Part shown: one piece after another, positions 13,968 to 27,286 of the stretch
Numbering within the stretch: the stretch's first letter is position 1
Layout of the letters: each line of letters begins with the position of its first letter
DNA from: Kondoa subrosea
Taxonomy: Eukaryota
Assembly (NCBI GenBank): GCA_039545335.1
Contig: BCIN01000001.1
Coordinates: 4,005,347 to 4,069,346 of the forward strand
Reading direction: 5' to 3'
Length of the DNA stretch: 64,000 nt
Translations under genes and position numbers: made by a program
The notes under the pieces: model-generated
What the model saw: the letters and a program-made list of their open reading frames with translations, nothing else
The model's database searches: none
What the model was told of the DNA's origin: nothing

Positions 13968-14874
13968 ATGCGATCTTTCATTCTTTCCTTGGCTCTCTTC
14001 GCTGGTCTTGCTATTGCCCAAGATCTATCCCAAGTGCGTGCAGTCGCTCCAGTATTGCTTCAATCGTCTTCATGATTTATCTAGGTGCCCTCCTGCGGTC
14101 CGTGCCTTTCGATTGTTGCCTATGGCTGTGCTGATCTGCATGTATAGCCCTTGGATGCTTCACTAGCACTTGTGAGTCTCCATTTCTCCCATATCGCACC
14201 TAAATTTTAAAGGGGTCTATTTCAGCGACTGGATCTTGCGATGCTTCCGACTACGCCTGCCTTTGCGCTGCACCAGAGTTCCTTCAAGGTCTCAGCACCT
14301 GTTTGACCGGTGCTTGCTCAGCCACTGATCTGTGAGTTTCCGCGCTCGAGCCTTGATAAATGTTTCTAACCTCATTTGTAACAGCCAAAGGTAGAGCGGG
14401 TCTCCAGTGTATGGCCTCAGCTAACGAAAGTTTGTAGCGCCCTCACTTTCGGTCAATCCTTCTGCCAGACCGCTGGAGTTTCGGTCAACTGTAAGTTTTC
14501 AACAATATTGCAACGAATTTGTTGACAGCTTTGGGTAGTCACCAGCCCTGCTGGAGGAGCCTCTAGCATGGCATCTGGAGCACCTTCCGAATCTGCCTCT
14601 GCTATGTCTGAGTCTGGCATGCCTTCCTCAATGAGCAGCCAGGGCGGAGTGGCAGCTGCTACGAGTTCTTTGGCTTCTAGAGCTCAGTCTGTAGCTTCAG
14701 CTGGCGCAAGCGCCGTATCTTCAGCCAGAGCTGTGTTCGTTTCCTTGCTTCATTTTAGTTCAATCTATGCTGACAAGTGAATAAAGCGCTACTAGTCAAC
14801 CCGCATCTGGTTCTATGGCCAACACTGTCAGTGGTGGTTTATTGGTCGCTGCTGGCTTGGCTGCTTTGCTTTGA
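13968..14874 (+). CDS. Secreted/GPI-anchored CFEM-domain protein (copy 2)
   Basis: MRSFILSLALFAGLAIAQ signal; VPSC..LGCF..GSCDASDYACLC..STCLTGAC..SFCQ (8 Cys); Ser/Ala stalk; GPI-like tail GGLLVAAGLAALL. Many small exons, so largely missed by the ORF track. Confidence 0.85.
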
Positions 14875-15319
14875 AGCGGATATGTGAGTCCGACTTGTCT
14901 GACCCTGCTAATTTAGCTGATCTGTCCAGTTGCTACTCACAGATCGTTTGACTTATGTTATGGACTCAGTATGGATACTTTACTTACATGGAGCTGACTC
15001 GATGTAGCTCTTATATAACGCTCTTTTAGAATGCATAACTTGACATTGCCCCACTTTGAGACTGGTCCTTTTATGCTCGACTTCTTTCGGACGCACTGAG
15101 CAGCATCAAATGACATTGATATGTCAGAGACTGAGCAGGTTCAGAAGCGGGAAAGGAGACTTAGATGGATGAATGGGCGGGAAGAGAAAAGAGACATAGC
15201 AAAGAGGGATCGGAACGAAACCAATAATATACTTTCAGAATGTGCATGATGAGAAGAAGTACTGCTGATGACGATTACTAAAAACCTGGGTATTGCTTAA
15301 CGAATTGCTTCTCCTGCTT

Positions 15320-16931
15320 CTATAATTCAATCTTGATGTGTTCCATGTCCAGCTCTGTGCTTGAAATATGCCTGACAAGACCGCTGTTCCACCAAAAGAA
15401 AGCTACATATGTCACCGTCAGATCCAGCCTAAAAACGCAAGTGATGAGCAGAAGATTTACCTCTGAAGGCTACTTGCTTCAATGTCCAAAGCCAAGAGCC
15501 AGTCTGCCTCTTCATCGCATTCGAGCGGTTCCCTCGTAGCTCTTCCACCCTTGGTCGACGCAACTGCTCATACTTGGCAAAGATTTGCTCATAAGTCACA
15601 TCATCCCTCTTTTGAGCCAGATCCAGCAATTTAGCCACAACAGTTACATCTTCAAATGCAGACAGAGTACCAGTTCCATTTGGTTCTGTTGCATGAGCAG
15701 CATCACCAACCAAACACACTCGACTTTTAGACCAAGTAGGTAAAATAGGAATTCGATATTGAGCCCAAAGATTGGCTTCTGAATTAATAGCGTTGTCCAT
15801 CAGAGATCGAACGGGTTGGAAAGTGACATTGTCGTAATCTTGTTTAGCTAAGCGAGCTGCTTCACCAGATTTGGCTAATTCTTCCCACTCCGCCCGAGAT
15901 CTTTCAGTCATACTGAGGTTGATACCCCAGGAAAGAATTTTCGCTTCGGGATCGATAGGGATAGTCACTGTGAGAAAATTGATCGTAAGCGAATGTCATC
16001 GCTAGATGGTTCCGTGACTCACTCAACATGCCGCTTGGTGCGAAAATGAAAGCAGGGAATGTGAACTTTTCATCTGGAAGAACAGCTTTGGAAGCAGGTA
16101 GGAAACCATTGACCACGACAACACCGCAGTATTCTTCTTTAGGTGCTTGATCGCCTAGAACGTGCTCGCGGACTTTCGAGTGCATGCCGTCAGCTCCAAC
16201 GCAGACATCGCCTGTCGGAAAGTGTCAGTAGTGTTAACGAAGGTTCAAAGGAGGATCTATGCGTACCTGAAGCTGAAGAACCATCTTCGAAATGTAAAGT
16301 GACACCTTTCTGATCCTCTTCAATTTTTTGCAACTTCATTCCAAACTTCAACGAAATCAAATCTTTCTTTTCTTCACAAGCATCCAAAAAAACTTTATGT
16401 AAAACAGGTCTCATGATTCTGATTGCTGGTCGACCTTCTTTCCCATGCTTGTCGATTTCTCCAGCAGCTATTTGACCAAGCTTTTCTCCTGCAACACATG
16501 CATGTATTTGCTGAGTGATCCAGATTACAATAAGTAAAGGGTGTGGTTAAACTAACCTGAATCCGTGTATGCACCAAATCGATGATACTGAAATCCACTG
16601 GCTTTCACTTTATCGTACACTCCTGCAAAATGTTCCAATACATAGGTAGCTTGAGGTGAAAGTGAAATAGATCCTCCATTAGAACTAGGTTTCGGTCCTG
16701 CCAACAATGGAAAATGAGCATTTCAGGATAAGATTGATATTACGTAATGGAAAACCACTTACGGATTTCGAAAAGAGTTGATCTGATACCTTGTCTTGCT
16801 AAGATTAGAGCCATGCAAGGGCCTGTACGAAGCAAAACCAGATGAGCGGAGAACAAAGCTAGATAGGCGTGCTCTTGAAACATACCAGCCAGACCAGCAC
16901 CGATGATAAGAACGTGATTTGTAGCGGGCAT
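15320..16931 (-). CDS. FAD-dependent monooxygenase (FAD_binding_3, salicylate hydroxylase-like)
   Basis: VLIIGAGLAG Rossmann motif, GADGMHSKVR, RVCLVGDAAHA, AFED, YEQLRRPR. Confidence 0.9.
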
Positions 16932-17329
16932 AATTGGAAAGCAAGAGTGAGAGTGAGAGCTGTGTGGTGGAAGAGATAAAGAGAAGCAGAAACGCATGTA
17001 ATTGCGATGCGAGATCCAAATATAGAACTCCTGAAAACCCGTATCCGCTCGGATCCGCCGCGAGCGTTCTTTGTGCAGCTATGCATAGCTCGTAGGCATT
17101 CGTAATGTAGTGCATCGCGTCATCAGCCAATCCATAATGCGGATTGAGCCAATTTCCGAGTCGAATCAGAATATTCAGTGTTGCGAGCATTAGTACGGAA
17201 CTTCGAGCCAAACATTTGTCAAATAGCGGGTTCTTTGCTTTTGCGTGTCATAGCCTCGAAAGCAGCGATTCTGGCCTCCTCACACATTTGAAATGAGTAC
17301 AATTTCTTCGTTTGTTGCTCAGAACAGCG

Positions 17330-17934
17330 ATGGTCTCGCTTGTAGACCTAGAAGCGACAGTCAAGAGCAAGATTCCAGATGTACAGCATGTAGTACGTCC
17401 TCTTTTGCTGTAAGGAAGCTTTGTAGCTGATGCTGATCGTTCAACAGCAAGCTGTGGATATTAGCGGTGAGCAACTCATTCGACATTCTGGCCCCTCGAC
17501 ATCGAGCTGATCCTCAGCTTTTGTGCAGGTGGATGTGGACTAGTACTTATTGTCTCCCAAACTTCGCTAGAATTTTGGCTGATCGATTGCATTCATTTCA
17601 GAGCTATGAAGTAATTATTGTTTCCTCTGCATTTCAAGGCAAATCTACACTGGCAAAACATCGGCTAGGTCAGTCTCCATCTTCTTCTGCTCCCTTTACC
17701 TGAAATGTGTTGGCTGATTGTCGTGATAGTCAATACCGCTTTAAAGGAAGAAATAGCACAGCTTCATGCTTTTGTCCAAAAGACTTACACACCAGATCAA
17801 TGGTCAGTCGTCAAGCTATCTTGCGCATCGATTAGGCTGAAAATTGGATTTACAGGTCAAAAATGAATACAGTCGAACTAGAACCAGCAGTACCATCAGC
17901 AGAAAACAGTGAACCAGTAGAAATAAAGAAATAG
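17330..17934 (+). CDS. BolA-like protein, BolA2/Bol2(Fra2) type
   Basis: Spliced sequence MVSLVDLEATVKSKIPDVQHVQAVDISGGCGLSYEVIIVSSAFQGKSTLAKHRLVNTALKEEIAQLHAF; contains SGGCG and HA motifs; no mitochondrial presequence visible. Confidence 0.88.
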
Positions 17935-18069
17935 AAGGAAGAGAGAGTCAACAAGACGATTTGTTAACAGTGTGTATAATTAATGGTAGATGATTCAATA
18001 TAGAACACTCATGCATAATAACAATTCAAAAATCGCATAACCCTATTGACAACTGTGTGATTTTTCTTG

Positions 18070-19772
18070 TCACCTCGAATTCGGATCTAAATCAGCTACA
18101 TCGCAATCCGTTTCTCCATCTAGCATCAGTTGAGCCAGTACATGTCCTGATGCACTGTTGAAATGAAGATGAGGAGGGTCAGCAACAGTTCCGACCGTAT
18201 TTGTCCGACTCACCTGCTCAATGTTATGCCCCAACATGTATGACCTGTGATTGCCCAAATCCCAGTAGACACTTCACCCAACAAAGGACAACCTCTTTCT
18301 TTTGCCATTGGTAAGAAACAAACTTGTTCAGCTACAACAGTTCCTTTGGCTAATTGATCTGGTGAGATAGCATGAGCTCCTTCGACTAATGCCTTAATTT
18401 GAGCTGGATCGGGCATCATATCCGCTGCCGTTGGTGGTAATGGTTCATTATCCGTGCTCCCTACTCTCTTCATGAGCGAGAAGGGCTTCCCAAAAGGGAA
18501 GACGAAAGCTCACCACACAAATAAGCTGTTCCATCTGGTCGAGCATATATTTCTGGATCGCTAGAACCTTTTTCAGTCGTTACTTGACAGAAAACAGCAT
18601 GGGCAGAGAGTGGTTCAGGAGTTTTGACGATAATCTGTCATGTCACTGGCAAATTCAGCATGCACTATGCTAAATCACACCAATGACCGACCGAATGCGC
18701 TCTCTCACCCGTCACATTGATTTTCCTCGCTAATTTTCGCGGTAAGATCTGTTTTGCCAGACTTCCAGACCAAGGACCAGCAGCAAAGACGAAATCTGTA
18801 CAAGGATACTCGTGTCGTTTGCCATTATCGTCTGTCGCGTAGACTTTGGTTGGTCTTGCACTTGTATCATCTAGATCTAATCCATCGACGGTGGCATATT
18901 GCAATTCAGCTCCTTCCTCCAGTGCGAGCTGTTCGGTCCAAGTTCAATCAGCAAGGATCTTGGCAGGAAGTTGACAAGGAGCTGACTGCGACCAGCCGCT
19001 GAGTATATAATCTCGGCGTCACTTGAGCAGTACTGCTCGTGTTCCCCAGCTGAGTAAGTTTCGTAACACAAGTTTGATTGACCCAATCAGCTCCAGCTAT
19101 TCGTTTAGGTTTCTTTGGTGATTTTGAAGGGATCATATTGATGTTGGCTGAATAAGTGTCGAGTTTCCTATAACCCCAATGTTCTGCTCCTCCATGTTCT
19201 TTGGCATACTTCTGATGTAGATCAAAAGCTAATCGACCGAGGGGCAGAGTTTCGCTAGGGTCTATCGTGTTAGTGAATGAGATGATGTTTAGCTTGCAAT
19301 TAGGGAAAGCTTACGCCAATCAGAGGCCAGGAAGCCGCCTGCCCAGAAGAGAATGGCATTAGCAAGAACAGCTTGCACGCACTAAACTCGACTGACCTGC
19401 TTTACCAGATGCTTTGACCAAATCAACTTCAGCGATCAGTCACTGTAGAGGCAAGTGTCCAAGCTTACCACCAGCAGCTATCTCGGTTCCTTCCAGTATC
19501 GTAACAGTATCGACGCCTTTCCTCCATTTCTCATGCCTTGTCAAACTGTATATAGTTGCTGCACCTGATGGACAGAGATCGTAGAGATGAGCCAACGCAA
19601 GAACCGTATTCGAATAGGATTCAGCTGACCCATGCATCCACCACCAGCGACAACAACTGCTCATTGCTATCGTCAGATTCGAAGACGAGATTCAAAACAG
19701 TGAACACTTACCATGACGAGCTGGAATATAAGTAGGCTCAATGTCCGACAGATCAGACAGTGGAGAAGTCAT
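18070..19772 (-). CDS. FAD-dependent oxidoreductase, DAO family, Tda3/YHR009C-like
   Basis: VVAGGGCMG, AAGASGKAGGFLASDW, TAQVTP, FAAGPWSG, DPEIYARPDG, EQVCFLP, TGHTCWGIT. Confidence 0.88.
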
Positions 19773-19953
19773 TCGAAAGGTATAAAAACGTCTAGGTAAT
19801 AATCCAAGACGGAGAATCGTATGCTTCCGCGGTGCTTCAATGTCAAGAACCTCGAATTGATATTCAACTTGGGAATGGCCATCGGACGGTCGTGATCTCA
19901 CGCAGCTCATGCAGTATGTACAACGATAATAAGTTAAAATACATGTAGTACAA

Positions 19954-22126
19954 TCAAGCTTGAGAAGCTCCATTCCGTTGATCTTGCCCTTTCTTGATGA
20001 GAGGTGATCTTTCGGTTTCATTCGCAGTGTCACTTGCATCGCCAATAAGATGTGACAAGTGCCCTTGCTGTCCAAAGTCTTCGCCTACGTGAGAACGATC
20101 CCCAAGTAAAAAGGGTGCCAGATCGGGGAAGAAGAGGGTGAGTAAAAGGAAGAAGGGAATAGTCAGACCATGTACTGCAGCAGATGCAAATATTGATCAG
20201 CTCAGGTCGTATACGGAGTCAAAAGACTGACCGAAAACACTGATGAACACAAGAAAAGACACAACTTGGAAGATTTGGGTTTCGAGATCGAGTGTACCAG
20301 GAAGCTTCTCTGCTGCTTCGAGCTACGCAGATATCAGTATACCGATACAATATACCGGTGAGACATACACTGTAGTACAACGCGCCGATTCCGCTGCTCA
20401 TAGATCAGATTCGTTTATCTCTTGCCTCTTCGGACAACTCACATTGGACCGAACCAGCCAGCGAATATGACTTCACCGAATTTACCGATTGTAGGCAATC
20501 CTTTCCGGCATAGCAAAACAGCAGGTAAACGCCGGAACAGCATGACCAGAAAAGCCACTGCGCAAAGCCTGGGAAAAGCGGTTGGCGAATTTGAACCTTT
20601 CCAAGTATCAAAGGGAAGAACAGAGCCAAGGAAGGCTTTTCGCGTAATACTCAGCTCAGCCTGAGAGGAAAACATACTACATACTGAAGATGACAATATC
20701 CATTATACTGTGAGTAAAGCGGTTGTCTCAACTACAGAACAGCAGACACATCGATTCACTCACTTATCTAACCCTTCCGAGAATTGATTGTTCAGCACAG
20801 AACCTAATAAAACTTGTTAGCATAGCAAAGTTTAGGTCACACTACTGACCCATATCGTGCTGCCAGTTCAATACACAACCGCAAACGAAGCAGCACAATA
20901 ACTGATTCGTGTCCATCATGGTAGTGATCCCGACCAGCCCAATCGAAACAGCCACACCGAAAACCAGAGTACTATTCTCATCTATCCAATCATGGTCTCT
21001 ACTGAATTTGAGTAGCTTGAGTAATATGTAGCCGACAATAGCGCCCAAGAGAAAGGAGACAAGCATGTTCCACAAGATGACGGATACGAGGTAATGCCCT
21101 AGAACGCCAGCGCCTGTCTTTGGTGCATTGGTTTTCATATCAGAGTAGGCGAAGAGCAGACTGAGCGACAGATAGAGAAAAGGTGTGCCAAGACCGTCTG
21201 TGTATTATTAGCAAGCGCAAAAGAGACATTTATTGGCTGCTGACCGTTGACTTTGGACAGGAAGGGAGATTCAGCATGACTGCAGTACACATGAGCTATT
21301 GCGAACTTACCACCGCTCTCAGCTAGTAGCACATTGCGCAGTTCAGGCGCAACATGTCTTTCAGCGAAATGTCCTTTGATGACTGAACCCTGTCATAATG
21401 ATCACTTTCGATCAGCAACAGACTGAAAGAGAACGACCGAAGCTGACCGCTAGTACAGGATCAGTAGGACCCAAACACTATAACCTGATTAGCCTGAACT
21501 TCGCTGCCACAGGTTACAGACTAACGCTTCCAATGACCATCGCTTGAAGAAAAGGGAGATCAGGTATGATGAGATACGCAAAGAGTGCTGATATCATCGA
21601 AGCAGAAGCCATAACCGGTAGTAGTAATGTAGTAAGAGTGATTATATTCTGCTTGATTGATACCCATTTTGACGGCAAGGCCATACCAGCGGACAGCACT
21701 TAGCGAACGTCATAAAATCAGAGAATCTCAATAGAATAGAATCGAAGGCTACCTTGAATACCTAGCACGATTCGACAGAACCAAGCTAAGAGTGATCGAG
21801 CTTCTTTGCCTTCGCTCCCATTCACCCAGCCTGCGGACCCAGTAGCAGCAGTAGCAAGTAATTTCAGCCCTTTCGGCCCTAGCACAATGCCTAGTAGGAT
21901 TGCCAATACAGGTGAAGGGATGAAATAGCGACCTCTTATGAGTTGCGAAAAGAGGCCGAAGAAAATGAAGAAACCAGCAATGATCAAGAGTAGGATTGCT
22001 CTATGAGTGAAGACGAGGTGTCAGGCGAGCTCTAAGATGCAAAGAATCGGCTTAAACTAACGTAGGTTCGGCATCAAACTGTGGATCAATAGGACCTCTA
22101 AAGGCCTGCATAGATAGCGAAGGCAT
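19954..22126 (-). CDS. Na+(K+)/H+ antiporter, CPA1 Nha1/Sod2-like
   Basis: GIVLGP, PTDPVL, LLAESG..DGLGTPF, FRRLP, GWFGPIGIGALYY, VHGLTIP; multiple TM segments; short C-terminal tail. Confidence 0.88.
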
Positions 22127-22422
22127 CCTGCCAGTATCTAGTGATGGGTATTTGGCGTCCAGTGAGGGTATTGAATCTTCGCTGTTGCAGGAAGAGCAGT
22201 CGTCCTTCATTCAAGCACAATATTTGCAAATGACGCGGGGTCAGGCGCGTTTCTAAACTTGCATCGTTGAAAGGAAACAGTATTGGAAAGTGTAGTGATG
22301 TCTATCATGTAATTGAAATCGCGAAAATACGAAAGCCTTTTTTCTACTTGCCCGGTCAACCCATGCTGTACCACCAACCGCGCAAGTCGTCTAAATGTAT
22401 AAACCCTCTCCCCGTGCAAAGA

Positions 22423-23988
<1,566 letters not shown>

Positions 23989-24409
23989 GTTGAAGACTGC
24001 AAGACACGCGCGTGGATCAGCTGCTGGACACTTGATAGAATCTTTGGACAGAGATAAGTCTTTAAGCGCGGCATCAAATTTTGAGCGCGATAAGACCTCG
24101 CAGAGCTGCCAGACTCGCGCCTGTACGTGTAAAAGGGACGAGTACTTACGTCTAGAGAAGAGTCAGTGAGGAAAAGAGAAGTCGTGGATAAGGTCAAGGG
24201 ACTCAAGTCTCAATCTTCAGCTCAACTTAGTTTTCGGAGAATTCCGTCCTTTCCGGCGCATCCACGACCGTGGGAGCCAAGGTGAGCAGTGTCCTAACAG
24301 AGCTCAGACTGCCTGTGCTGCACCTCTTTGTCTTCCATTCCTTCGATTCTTCACTTTCTGTCAGACCACATGTCATTGACTCTGCGCTCTCTCTTCTGCT
24401 TCTGTTCAG

Positions 24410-25479
24410 ATGTGCATAATTGTGACTGGAGCATCGAGAGGTTCCTCATTGATTTTCTTATCATTTTCTATCCTGCGCTGAAATTACGCGTCAATAAGGT
24501 CTCGGTCTGGCTATAACTCGTATTCTACTTGAACCTCCCTTCTCGTGCAATGTCCTAGCCGTATCAAGAACCTCTACACCCGAGCTAGAAGCTCTGCAAA
24601 GTAAGCACAAGGGATTGAAATGCTTGCAAGGCGATGTCTCAAAAGATGATGATAACAAGGTCAGCTCTATCTCCTTCTCTTTGTTGCTCTGGCTGATAGC
24701 TGCTATCAGAAAGCTGTTGATCTGGCAGTCTCTACTTTCGGCTCTTTGAATGGTTTAGTCCTGTGAGCGATCTTTATCATCTCAACGTTGAACGCGCTTA
24801 CATAAAGTCCAGCAATGCCGGTGTCGTGGCTTTCGCGCGGATAGCAGATACAGATATTGCAGAGCTGGAAAATCTATACAAGATCAACGTCTTCTCGTAT
24901 GCAAGAAAAACCCTCTGGCTAAATTCCATTTCGTCTAATTTTACCGCAGACTGTTCTCGATCTGTAAACATGCTATTCCGCATCTGAGAAAAACCAAAGG
25001 CAAGATCATAAACGTATCATCTGGCGCTGCTACAGGATACTACGCATCGTGGGCTGCTTATGGATCCAGCAAGGCGGCTATGAATCATTTCACTGCTACT
25101 CTGGCAGTAGAGGAACCAGATATAACCTCCATCTGTATCAGACCAGGAGTCAGTTGAAATTCGCGCGAATGCCTTCAGTCACGGCTAACGATCGATTGCA
25201 CAGACTGTCGCGACCGATATGCAAGCAGAGATCCGCAACAAAGGTTCTTTCCCCCTACATCTGCTTAGACTGCTCTGATGAGTCTAGTACGAGAGAGTAG
25301 CTCAAGGCAAAATGACCGATTCCGATCATGCTCGATTTGTCAAACTGCACGAAAACTCAGAACTTCTTCATCCAGACGTACCGGGCTACGTTATCGCTTC
25401 TCTGGCTGTGAAAGCTGAACCGGAGTTATCGGGCAAGTTTGTCAACCATACCGATCTGAAGAGCCATCAGAAGTCCTGA
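24410..25479 (+). CDS. Classical short-chain dehydrogenase/reductase (YIR035C/sepiapterin reductase-like)
   Basis: IIVTGASRGLG, NAG, NVSSGAA, WAAYGSSKAA (YxxxK), IRPG..TDMQ. ATG directly follows a probable 5'UTR intron (24282-24409). Confidence 0.88.
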
Positions 25480-25961
25480 ACTATTCGAACAACTTTTCCG
25501 GAAGACTGCTTCTTGCGCTCGAGAATTCATTAGAAGTCCAGTCAACTCATTGGGCTTACAGTTTGCCTCCCCCGAATTGAGCCTTATAGTATCGCCTGAG
25601 CTGTGTTTTCGGATGTTGTTCTGTGTTCTTATCGCCTGTCATGGTGCCTCTGCCCTCACGTCACTGATGGAATGCGCTCTCAAAGTGATGGACAGCTGAA
25701 CGGACATTCTCCCTCATCTGTTCTTCTGTTCAAAATGCTACCTTTGCTATTTATCAGCTTTGCGAATATATCCCCTAACCCGTCGAAATGAAATGACTGT
25801 AGCCTTTCACCATGCAGATTGTGTACGTACGGATTCTTGAACGGTTTCTCCAGCCTTCTGTGGCAACGAGCCCATAAAACCTGCTTTTGCTCTGGTCCAT
25901 CTCTTCTCCTCACTCTTCTTCTCTTCAAGCTACTTTTGCTACGACAAATCTAGTCTCCGTC

Positions 25962-26535
25962 ATGTCTCAGCAGCCTCACAATCCTTACCATCATAGCTTA
26001 GCGCAACAGACCCAAACATCTCACACACCTATCGCCCAAGAGCGAGCTGCTAACGCTGACAATATGGCGGCTTCCTCGCATGCCGGTCCTTATGGTTTTA
26101 CTCGCACTCGTGGGTTTTCAAGTCATCGAATCTTCCGCCCCTTTGTCGCTAGAAACTTATTTTCTTTAGATACCACCGCTGCACAAGACCCTCAGACCTT
26201 TGAGCCCTGCTCGTAATTACGAGGCTACTGGTCCCGGTAAGGTCGAATTGCTAGGCAGGGTACTCCAGCTTACCATTTCCTCAAAGCATCTGGCGTCCCC
26301 GGACATCATCCAACGCACCTTCCTGCCATCGCTACTACTCCTCAACACGATCACAACGTGCCGGGTATAGGGTATGTCACCGGTACCTCGACTGCTGCAA
26401 CTCAGCACAGTAAGGCTTTCCCCTTAAGAGATGCTTCTAAGCTGACCAAAACTTATTGGAGCTGTTGGCCATCACACTACGCCCTTCGACTCAGCACCTA
26501 TGTCTGGAGCTACTGGTGCTCATAATGGGCAATAG
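25962..26535 (+). CDS. Small His/Thr/Gln-rich hydrophilic hypothetical protein (~140 aa)
   Basis: MSQQPHNPYHH..., three short introns give a continuous frame ending ...SGATGAHNGQ*. Splice choices uncertain (one 42-nt intron, one GAG acceptor). Confidence 0.5.
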
Positions 26536-27286
26536 GGCACTCATCACGGGCAACAGCACTAAGATAACACTCGTGGAGTCTCTCATAACCTATGCAATAC
26601 AAATTCCTCTGTACCCTTTTCTGGCCTGATTGCTCAGCTTTCAATTGCGCATGTCTGGTGTACTGCTTGTCTAAATTCCAGCACGAATGGGCAATGAATT
26701 GCTGTTCATGTGAGCTTACGTAAGCGAGAGACAACCCTGAGATCGCTGGCATCGCATTTAGCCAGCCCTACCTTATCCTGTCCCGTGCTCGTAGCTTTAC
26801 TAGCTTTAGCAAGTGTAGATCAAACGCAGCCACCATCCGAGGCAAATTGGGCAAGTTAATCTCATGCTTGCACAAATACGGTCATATACACCTCGTCTGT
26901 ACACCCTCTCTCAGGCCTATCTCGCAGATATAGTACCACACTTCTGGCCCTGCAGCCGGCCCCTGCTGACCTTGCTCTCCTTCGCGCGCAATGTCAACAT
27001 CTGCCTACAAATATATTCATCGAAATTGCTCATTATGCCCTCTTCGAGCACTCAGAATCATCTGAAGGCATTCATCAGTATTCTTGTTGATCTAGAGATG
27101 CTTCGCAAAGCACCCGTGTTCCGTTTGGGTCACACGAGCAGCAAGTCGCACATCTTCCGAAGTATTCTCATGAACTATCATATTGACCAGAAGTTCTGTC
27201 ACTCAAGTGGCTCGTGTTATTCGATTTGCTTTGTGGACATTTGCCTTTCTTTCAGTTCATTATACCTTTTGCTAATCTTGTTCATC

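Noticed and set aside
24410..25479. SDR divergent from GMD as a possible GDP-sugar reductase partner
   Set aside because: It is a classical SDR (TGASRGLG), not an extended SDR of the GDP-fucose synthase type.
25773..25781. CCCTAACCC, 1.5 telomere repeats resembling a telomerase RNA template
   Set aside because: A 9-mer in any repeat phase on either strand is expected a few times by chance in 64 kb; no supporting pseudoknot identified.
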